Shown: positions 54,269 through 64,000 of the stretch, in pieces
How positions within the stretch are numbered: the first letter of the stretch is position 1
Layout: the number at the start of each line of letters is the position of its first letter
Origin: Nageia nagi
Taxonomy: Eukaryota; Plantae; Pinophyta
Assembly (NCBI GenBank): GCA_050084985.1
Contig: JBITNC010000002.1
Coordinates: 21,204,001 to 21,268,000, forward strand
Reading direction: 5' to 3'
Length of the DNA: 64,000 nucleotides
Notes under the pieces: generated by a model
The model's input: the letters and a program-made list of their open reading frames with translations, nothing else
Databases searched by the model: none
Told to the model about the DNA's origin: nothing
Program-made: the position numbers and the translations under genes

Positions 54269-54812
54269 ATTGTTATAACCTAAAAAATAATTGTTAGGGT
54301 TATTTACAAAATAATTAAATTTGCCAATTAACTATTAAATAACATGAAATCAATGACATAAAAGATGACAATGAGTTAATTAACATTGACCTATCAAAAC
54401 TAGGTTTACAAAAGATACAAATATGCACTTTACCTATGACAAAGGATGGAGGTAAAATTAGATTGAAAGAGGATGAAGGACAAGCTTACCTAAAATATGA
54501 AGCCACCATTATGACCTAAACCTAGTAATAGTACTAGAAAATCAACAACAATGTCTAGTTACCATTCTACAATGTCTCACCCTTTCGCTCAATGTCATCA
54601 TCCCATCTTCAATCCATTGAATCTCGCTCATGAATGGATGAAATATTGTAGGAATACTAAGATCAAAGCATAACAAAATACAAATATGATAGGTGGTGTT
54701 AAAAAACACTGATCAACATACACAAGTATATTATCACCTATCAAGGATTCAAGATTATATCATATCATATCCTATCATATCATTGATCATGTAAAACTCT
54801 TCCACCTTTATA

Positions 54813-55559
54813 GTAGGGAAAATGATCATAGCTAACCCATAGCCAAATGGATAAAATTTGAGATTTTAGATTTTAGATTTGGCTATTAAGGTGGGTTTTT
54901 CTTTCAACATGTTTGCCTCAATTTTATTTATTTTTCTATTTTTATGGAAATGTACACCTACATTTAGAACAATTTTAGTGTATTATACACCTTCAAATTA
55001 TAAATAAAAATAACATTAACATAGTGATTCTTAAAAAGAATAAAAATCCTCATTCATAAGTTGAGAATTAAGCACATTGCAGGCTCAATTAACTAAAAAA
55101 TATTTAAGAGGTTTTCTTACAAAGGATTTGTAATGATAACAAGTATGCCCATCAAATGATTTCATAACACATTAAATCTAAATAAGGAAAAGGTTAGAAT
55201 AAGTTACCCCCCTTAAAAACTAAACCAAGTAAAACATAAAGGATTAAAAAGATATAAGAATAAAAATTATACATTTAAGAAAAAAAAGGAAGAGAACAAT
55301 TGCATCGTTATTGTGAAGTAATTTAAATTTTCACATTATAATTTAAATATTAACATTAAAATTTATTGATACAAGAAAAGAAAATATATCAATTAAGTAT
55401 TTGAATGATTATTTACCTTATATTTTTATATTTTTCCCTTTTTAAAAAAAAGCATATCATGTTTTCAAATTGATTGCCTCATTTTCAAACAAGTTTCAAG
55501 ATTGATCGCCCACGTATTAAAATTTATTTTTAGGAAGGGGATCTTAAAATTTTTCCTAC
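54813..55559. mobile_element. MITE-like insertion in the Tat 5' LTR
   Basis: Absent from the partner LTR, whose empty site is ctttataag at ~30489. TIRs gtagggaaaat / atttttcctac, flanked by tttata on both sides. Confidence 0.8.
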
Positions 55560-56045
55560 TTTATAAGCAATATGTCTAGTGTCAAGGCTCCTCCTTAGGC
55601 TTATTATGATGCTGATTCAACCTATTACAACAAAATAGAAAGGTAGATGAGAGTGCATATGGAAAAAAGCATTTATTTAATAAATTAAATAAATTATTTC
55701 AAATACCTAAATGAGTATTTTAATTAAATCAAAATTTCTTTTTATGTGTTAATAGATATTAACTAAAGACCCATTGTCAATGGACATTCTCTTGAAAGGA
55801 TTCTTATATATATTAGAAATAATATGTAATGGAGGATCTAAACATTGAGGTCCTCAATATTCTTTAATATTATAATGAAAGAATGATAATATGCATTGAT
55901 TAGGAATTTCTTACATTATAAAGAAATATAAGAAAAATATTTTAGTAGTGAAGGTATAAGTCTAATTTATGTGGCTTAGATTTCTTCAATATCTCAAGGA
56001 GAAATACTCTCATTGGTACTATAACTAATTACTTTAAATATAAAT

Positions 56046-57061
56046 GGGTGAAAGACAAAAGTTGAGTCCACTTAAAGGGGAAGTGGGGGGAAATTGTGAA
56101 GTTAAAATTAAATGTTAGAAAAATCAAGATCCTAATTTTAATAAATTATAATTAGGATCTCAATATTTATCAAAATATTGATACATTGGGATCCCAATAT
56201 TTGAATCTTCGATGCTATTTTAGTTTTAGGATCAAAACAGATTTGGTGAGAAAACACTTAGCATTGGACCTGCAAGTATGTGTTCATGGCAATGTTAATA
56301 GAAAATCTCAACTTTAGGCATATGTTTGATGGTATTTTTGGTAGAATATTTTCATGAAATTAAAATCCATTATAGATTAAAGAGTCTAGATTTCAAATAT
56401 GCATTTTTTATAATTGAATAAATTTTATATTTTTCAATTAGTTTTTAGTAAAAGTGGTCCATATACTTGAAATATGATGGTATCTTATTTTCTTAATAAC
56501 TTTTTATTTTTTAGAATTTATAAAAGATTATATAGGGATAAGATTAAAAGAATTCTTTATAATATAATAAAAAATATTTCAAAAAATATTAAGTTTAAGT
56601 CAAATTATGTGTGATAAACACAAGCACTTTTCGAAACAACAAACATGATCAATCAAATAATAATAAAAATAAATAAAATTATGAAAAAATATGGAAAAAA
56701 TATCTAAGAAAAGCTTCAATGTCTTAGGTATATATGCCTAAAATAATTTTAAAAAATACATTGATTTTGATAAAATTATGCATGATGGACACGTGCATGG
56801 TATGGTCCTAAAATAATATATTTGAAAAAAGTGATATTTGTTCATCCCAATAAAAATTTAATTTATATCATTTGAGTATTAGAATAAATTATATATTTAA
56901 AAATTATATTATGAGCATTATATTTTCATCTTAGTGATATTTTTTATGATTCCATATTTAAGTGCTTCAAATTTTGGGATCAATCATGTCCAAACTTGAA
57001 AATCAATGAAAATACTTCCACTTTTTACCCTTAAAGTGGACCCAACTTCTTGCATCCATCC
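56046..57061. mobile_element. Non-autonomous TIR DNA transposon (~1 kb)
   Basis: Imperfect ~35-40-bp TIRs gggtg..aagttgagtccactt / aagtggacccaactt..catcc, flanked by aaat/aaat, with subterminal GGGATCCC-type palindromes. Related pieces occur at ~58280-58425 (inverted) and 58432. Confidence 0.7.
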
Positions 57062-58391
57062 AAATCACTTAAACTCTTGTTATTTGAGGATATTGGATAT
57101 TTGGAGTAGTACTAGTCCTTATCTAATTGGGTTTTTCTAAATCATTGTATTTCACTTGATAAGTTGATGATAGATGACAACCATAACATATTTATCATCT
57201 ATTCACAATATAAACCATTCCAACAAGTGGTTGTTTGAAAATTTTATTATAATTATTTGATTATAAGTAAACATAGTAGATATATTTCTTATATTCTCTT
57301 ATAATGTATGCCTTAAAATAATATTTTGATATATTCCTAGATTCTAACTTGGAATAACCAAGGGATCTTCCACATTTAACTTATTAAAATCAAGTTGTTG
57401 TCATGGAATCCTTGATGATGTTAATCACAATATTCAATTTTCTTGTATAATATTCCTTATATGAAAGTAATTGTAATATTAATTAATTTTATATGATTCT
57501 AATTAAAATATTGACATATCAACATATATTATTATCATGGTATATTTACCAATGGTCATTACAACATTCATTTTCCTTATAGGATCATGATTTTTAACCT
57601 TTAAAGTTTTTTACTTATAATATAATATTTTGAATACATTAGATAAAATTTAATTTAATGGTGTAAACTATTAAGGAGGATCACATTATCTTTGATTATT
57701 TAATTGTTGATATTTAATATGAACATAATTAGATAGAGGAGACAAAAAACCTTGTTGTATAAGAGTTTGTGCATGGGATGAGGATACCTTTAGAGGAGTA
57801 TTGGTCATTGAGACTTTATTATATTTTTTATTTATTAAAATAACCCTTTGATTGTTATTATTCTACTTTTGAAAGGGTTCCTTCTTTTTTTAATTTAATC
57901 TTCCCATACTACATCTTAAATTTCTTGATATGAGCTTTGTATTGGGTAACCTAATCAAAATTATTGTATTGATGTATCAAAATGCATACTTGTAATTGGT
58001 TAAATACCTCTTTATTTAGTCATTTGCATTAAGTTTTTTATTTGAAGAGTATAAATCATATTATAAAGAACCACTCTCCAATAAGACACAAAATATGCAA
58101 TAGAATCATCTTCAAACTTATATAATCATATAAGGTATGTAATTGATCATTTATATATGTAAGCACCTGAAAAGGACATGATGATAATGAAAATGTGTAT
58201 GAGATAATGAAGGGTACATGCAAGAATATGGATTCACTTTATGATGAAAAATTGGATGCTTTTCCTTTAATTTTGTGTTTAGATATAATTGATCTCAAAA
58301 TTTGAAGCACATAGAGATGGAATCTTGAAAAGGTATCTTCAATAAAAATGTAATGCTTCAAGTCTAATGTTCAAATATGTAATTTATTCCA

Positions 58392-61300
58392 ATACCCATA
58401 TGATAGAAATTCAATTTTTATAGGAATCTATGGGTGGAAGTAAGAAGTTGATTCCACTTAAGAGTAAGTATGAGGAAAAAATTCAAAGTCAAAAAAATCA
58501 ACATCCCGATATTAAATAAATTGGGATCCTAAATTTTGAGATGCTGATACTAATCCCAAAATATCAAAAGCTTGATATAGGTTCAGGTCATGAGCCTATA
58601 TTGGGATCTCGATATGTACTAGTATCAACAACTCAAAATTTGGGATCCTAATTTATTTAATATTAGGATGTCAATTTTTTTGACTGATCCCAAAATATCA
58701 AGATCCTCATCTATGAAACTTAAATACCATGATGCAAGCTATGGAACTCACTCTATATCTCCATGGTGTAAAACTTCCAAATAGTCCTAGATGTAATGAA
58801 AAATTTCAAGATCCTAGTTTTAGTGCTCCTCATGTCCCTATATTTCTTCATAAACCTTTGTCCATGTAAGCTTGAGTAACCATCACCATTGTTTTGGGTT
58901 TTTTGTAATAAAATATCAAGTTTTTGTGGAATTTTTCATATTGTATAAACCTAATTATGACCTTTATGTGAATAAGAATGATCTTTTGTGATTTTTTTTG
59001 GAATTTTATTTTTGTGATCTTTAGACTCATACTGTAGAAACCTAAGTAGCATGATAAGAATGATCTTTAGGTGAATGGTAATGGCTATGAGTAATGAATT
59101 TTGATAGTAAACATACCTCCTAATACCTACCTTAAGGAACCACAAAGCAAATAAATGTAATAAAGAGGATAATAATCACTTTTTAGATATATACCTCCAT
59201 TAAGTAAACTTCTATTTATAGAAAGTTTTTACTATTATCTAATTTAAATGAGGCTCAAAATGTGAAATATTAATGAATTGAAAGAAAAACCTTACTAGCC
59301 ATGATATTAGACCTATAATATTTTAATAATTGCTTAGAATAAATGTTGTTGTGTAAGTCTTGGTTATGTCATCTAAATACCATAAAGGATGAAAATGATT
59401 TTATCTTTTTATCGCCTACTCTACAAAATCATTAGAAAAACCTAAAAATATATCTATAATTATAAAATCATTATACAATCCTTATCAACACTAATATCAA
59501 TTTTTAACTTACTAAAAAATTAGATTAGGCTACAAATAAAGTAAACCTAAATTTTGTTAGGAAACCTCTTTAAAAATGCTAGAAGATGTAATCTCATATG
59601 ATAACTTTGATCTTATACCCATATGATAGAAATTCAATTTTTATAGGAATCTATGGGTGGAAGTAAGAAGTTGATTCCACTTAAGAGTAAGTATGAGGAA
59701 AAAATTCAAAGTCAAAAAAATCAACATCCCGATATTAAATAAATTGGGATCCTAAATTTTGAGATGCTGATACTAATCCCAAAATATCAAAAGCTTGATA
59801 TAGGTTCAGGTCATGAGCCTATATTGGGATCTCGATATGTACTAGTATCAACAACTCAAAATTTGGGATCCTAATTTATTTAATATTAGGATGTCAATTT
59901 TTTTGACTGATCCCAAAATATCAAGATCCTCATCTATGAAACTTAAATACCATGATGCAAGCTATGGAACTCACTCTATATCTCCATGGTGTAAAACTTC
60001 CAAATAGTCCTAGATGTAATGAAAAATTTCAAGATCCTAGTTTTAGTGCTCCTCATGTCCCTATATTCTTCATAAACCTTTGTCCATGTAAGCTTGAGTA
60101 ACCATCACCATTGTTTTGGGTTTTTTGTAATAAAATATCAAGTTTTTGTGGAATTTTTCATATTGTATAAACCTAATTATGACCTTTATGTGAATAAGAA
60201 TGATCTTTTGTGATTTTTTTTGGAATTTTATTTTTGTGATCTTTAGACTCATACTGTAGAAACCTAAGTAGCATGATAAGAATGATCTTTAGGTGAATGG
60301 TAATGGCTATGAGTAATGAATTTTGATAGTAAACATACTCCTAATACCTACCTTAAGGAACCACAAAGCAAATAAATGTAATAAAGAGGATAATAATCAC
60401 TTTTTAGATATATACCTCCATTAAGTAAACTTCTATTTATAGAAAGTTTTTACTATTATCTAATTTAAATGAGGCTCAAAATGTGAAATATTAATGAATT
60501 GAAAGAAAAACCTTACTAGCCATGATATTAGACCTATAATATTTTAATAATTGCTTAGAATAAATGTTGTTGTGTAAGTCTTGGTTATGTCATCTAAATA
60601 CCATAAAGGATGAAAATGATTTTATCTTTTTATCGCCTACTCTACAAAATCATTAGAAAAACCTAAAAATATATCTATAATTATAAAATCATTATACAAT
60701 CCTTATCAACACTAATATCAATTTTTAACTTACTAAAAAATTAGATTAGGCTACAAATAAAGTAAACCTAAATTTTGTTAGGAAACCTCTTTAAAAATGC
60801 TAGAAGATGTAATCTCATATGATAACTTTGATCTTATACCCATATGATAGAAATTCAATTTTTATAGGAATCTATGGGTGGAAGTAAGAAGTTGATTCCA
60901 CTTAAGAGTAAGTATGAGGAAAAAAATTCAAAGTCAAAAAAATCAACATCCCGATATTAAATAAATTGGGATCCTAAATTTTGAGATGCTGATACTAATC
61001 CCAAAATATCAAAAGCTTGATATAGGTTCAGGTCATGAGCCTATATTGGGATCTCGATATGTACTAGTATCAACAACTCAAAATTTGGGATCCTAATTTA
61101 TTTAATATTAGGATGTCAATTTTTTTGACTGATCCCAAAATATCAAGATCCTCATCTATGAAACTTAAATACCATGATGCAAGCTATGGAACTCACTCTA
61201 TATCTCCATGGTGTAAAACTTCCAAATAGTCCTAGATGTAATGAAAAATTTCAAGATCCTAGTTTTAGTGCTCCTCATGTCCCTATATTTCTTCATAAAC

Positions 61301-62062
61301 CTTTGTCCATGTAAGCTTGAGTAACCATCACCATTGTTTTGGGTTTTTTGTAATAAAATATCAAGTTTTTGTGGAATTTTTCATATTGTATAAACCTAAT
61401 TATGACCTTTATGTGAATAAGAATGATCTTTTGTGATTTTTTTTGGAATTTTATTTTTGTGATCTTTAGACTCATACTGTAGAAACCTAAGTAGCATGAT
61501 AAGAATGATCTTTAGGTGAATGGTAATGGCTATGAGTAATGAATTTTGATAGTAAACATACCTCCTAATACCTACCTTAAGGAACCACAAAGCAAATAAA
61601 TGTAATAAAGAGGATAATAATCACTTTTTAGATATATACCTCCATTAAGTAAACTTCTATTTATAGAAAGTTTTTACTATTATCTAATTTAAATGAGGCT
61701 CAAAATGTGAAATATTAATGAATTGAAAGAAAAACCTTACTAGCCATGATATTAGACCTATAATATTTTAATAATTGCTTAGAATAAATGTTGTTGTGTA
61801 AGTCTTGGTTATGTCATCTAAATACCATAAAGGATGAAAATGATTTTATCTTTTTATCGCCTACTCTACAAAATCATTAGAAAAACCTAAAAATATATCT
61901 ATAATTATAAAATCATTATACAATCCTTATCAACACTAATATCAATTTTTAACTTACTAAAAAATTAGATTAGGCTACAAATAAAGTAAACCTAAATTTT
62001 GTTAGGAAACCTCTTTAAAAATGCTAGAAGATGTAATCTCATATGATAACTTTGATCTTATA
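58392..62062 (+). repeat. Near-identical tandem triplication, units 58392-59614, 59615-60835, 60836-62059 (~1.22 kb)
   Basis: Units are colinear and the only differences I saw are 1-bp indels. The identical spurious ORF recurs at 58848, 60070 and 61293. Confidence 0.97.
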
Positions 62063-62212
62063 AAAAATCCAAAAAAAATTGAGTTATAAATTATTAATAT
62101 TTTAGATCATTTCTTTCCTTAAGCATTTTGGTCCATTAAAAAATTTTAATAATTCAAAATTACAATCGAGGAGAAAAGCAAACAAAATTCAAGAGTTATA
62201 TGTAGATCACAT

Positions 62213-62800
62213 CAACACTCAACTATTCAAAGTTTTTAAAAAATCAAAAGTTGTAGAGAGAGAGCAAGAATGAGCTAAGGAGTTATCAAGAGCATGAGAT
62301 TAAGCTAGGGATCAAAAATCTAACCCTCCTACAAAGTGAAGATGTAAATAATATAATCTTGAGAGCTTAAATTGGCACCAAAAGATTAAGGTCCCAAAAA
62401 TAGAAATCCTATCAAACAATCAAAATATGTGAAAGTTAAAACTTTGAGATATCCAAGTCAACATAGTATTTTAGGAATTCTAAAGATCCATCAAAGCTAA
62501 CAACATAAATTGAAAAACTAGAATTACTTAATTTATTTTCAACTTAAATGAATGTAATTTATAACTTTCATGGCATCCATGTTATCATATTGAAAATGAA
62601 GTGGAATGAAAGTGAATGGGAAGGGGAAGGGTAGACATGGGTAGCTAAAGTTGTTAGGAGAAAAAAAAAAAAAAAAACATAAACACTCAACTATCCAATT
62701 TTATTGAACAATCAAAAGTCTTAGTGAGAGAGCAAGAAAAAATAATATAGGGATAAAAATCTAAGTTTCCTACAAGTGAAGATGTAAATTATATAAATTC
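62213..62800 (+). repeat. ~120-150-bp diverged direct repeat (~62213-62357 and ~62682-62797)
   Basis: Shared aacactcaactat..aatcaaaagt..gagagagcaagaa..gggat.aaaaatctaa..cctacaa.gtgaagatgtaaat. Confidence 0.7.
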
Positions 62801-64000
62801 AATATGAGTAAACTTCTAGTTTAGTAATGTAAATTTGGTATTGTATTTATATTCAAATTAAATGAATGTAATCTATATGATAGAATTTTCATAAATATTT
62901 TTACTTAAATAAATAATCATTAGGATTATATGCTTCTAAATCCTAGATTTTTACTTTTCACTTTAGTGTAATAGCTGTCTTAGGATCCAATTATAGTCTT
63001 TTAGATTGGATATGTAGCATACGTCTTCTTAAACAACATGATATATGATGCTAGTTCATTATGTGATATATGATAGTTGTCTAGTTATCTATTTCTATCC
63101 AATTTAACATTAATGCAATGTGTTCTATATTAATCCAATTTATTGAGTTTATTTCTATTTCTATGTAATTGGTAATGTTTGCATGTGCTTTTTTGTTATC
63201 ATGTATTAGTAATCTAATGACTTTTATCCTAGTATATATGAGACATTAGATGATATGGACCAAGACATCCCATAAAATTCACCCACTCCACATGTCAAAC
63301 CTCCATCCCACAAAATTCACCCACTCCACAAAATTCAATTACTTGTCCTTCACACCATCCTTAAACAATAATTATAGTTATCATTCATGCATCAATTTAT
63401 AGTTCATCAATTCATATGAATATAATCTTAAGCTCTTATTAATGACTAAGATAATCACCTAACATTCAACTCATCAATAAAATATCATGAATATCATTCA
63501 TATATCATAAGAAAATTTCATACATGTCTCCAACTTCATATGGTATATATATAAATGATGCATCATCATCCTCATTGTCTACTAATATATAGCATTACAA
63601 GGTCATATAAACCATCTCTATTATTACACTAACACACATCTCAATTTGTGTATCCTTTGTTAAATATGAAGTAACAACCTTGATATTTTGGTCAAGCACT
63701 AATCCCTTTGAAGAATGAGCTAACCTTCCTTAGACACAGTAGCTCATGGTGGTTATTACGTTATGAAAACTTTTACTTATTATGCATCTACTCATGCAAA
63801 TAATCTCAAAGATACCTGGAATGATGCATCAATTCTAATTTAAATCAAATTACTTAGAAAACATATTTTTCCCTAAGGAAAAACATTAATTCATATGTAA
63901 ATTCATTTCACAAATAAATAATAATAATTTTCTTCTTTCTTTTCATCAATCTCATTAATGACCCAAGACTATATAATTTAAAGTTTACTTCCTTTCATTA

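Larger units (their letters stand above)
29969..55754 (-). mobile_element. Full-length but decayed Ty3/Gypsy Tat-clade (Ogre/Tat-like) LTR retrotransposon with nested insertions
   Basis: LTRs 29969-30681 and 54271-55754 (the latter with a ~750-bp insert), exact TSD gatat/gatat. On the minus strand: gag (~53.3-54.1 kb), protease ALID (52309-52713), RT PKDTFPLPNID..YVDNI (48.7-49.3 kb), RT/RNase H (34338-34640), additional RNase H TNNMVDYEAL / FGDSQL (~33.8 kb, characteristic of the Tat clade), integrase (32.5-33.3 kb). Confidence 0.9.

Noticed and set aside
58848-61590. Repeated 60-64-aa ORFs in the tandem units
   Set aside because: They are low-complexity K/I-rich translations, identical only because of the triplication, and one is broken by an indel in unit 2.
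63268-63337. Short duplication caaaattcacccactccac
   Set aside because: It is only two and a half copies of a ~20-bp motif, with no further structure to support a feature.

Overview
This is plant nuclear DNA: very AT-rich, CpG-depleted and probably gymnosperm-like (inference from composition and TE types). It holds one intact host gene, a 5-exon expansin-like A gene on the minus strand (490-1730), and one RING-H2 pseudogene (~20.9-21.6 kb). Almost everything else is nested transposons, whose ends I resolved from LTR pairs, PBS/PPT motifs and target-site duplications (TSDs). Cluster 1 (2.6-18 kb) is an old Copia interrupted by a non-coding LTR element (itself holding a gag-only Gypsy derivative), an ORF1-only LINE and a second non-coding LTR element. 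Cluster 2 (29969-55754) is a Tat-clade Gypsy containing a solo LTR, a MITE and a SIRE-type Copia. Inside the SIRE gag sits the most unusual feature: a very young, pol-less 4.6-kb LTR element (41483-46118) with apparently identical 309-bp LTRs. It encodes a Copia Gag N-terminus fused to a ~540-aa acidic Cys/His-repeat domain I do not recognise, and it carries a captured fragment of a host BET/GTE bromodomain-family gene plus other gene-like pieces. The window ends with a TIR element family and a near-perfect 3x ~1.22-kb tandem repeat containing a ~200-bp hairpin. All calls are by eye; no database searches were run.
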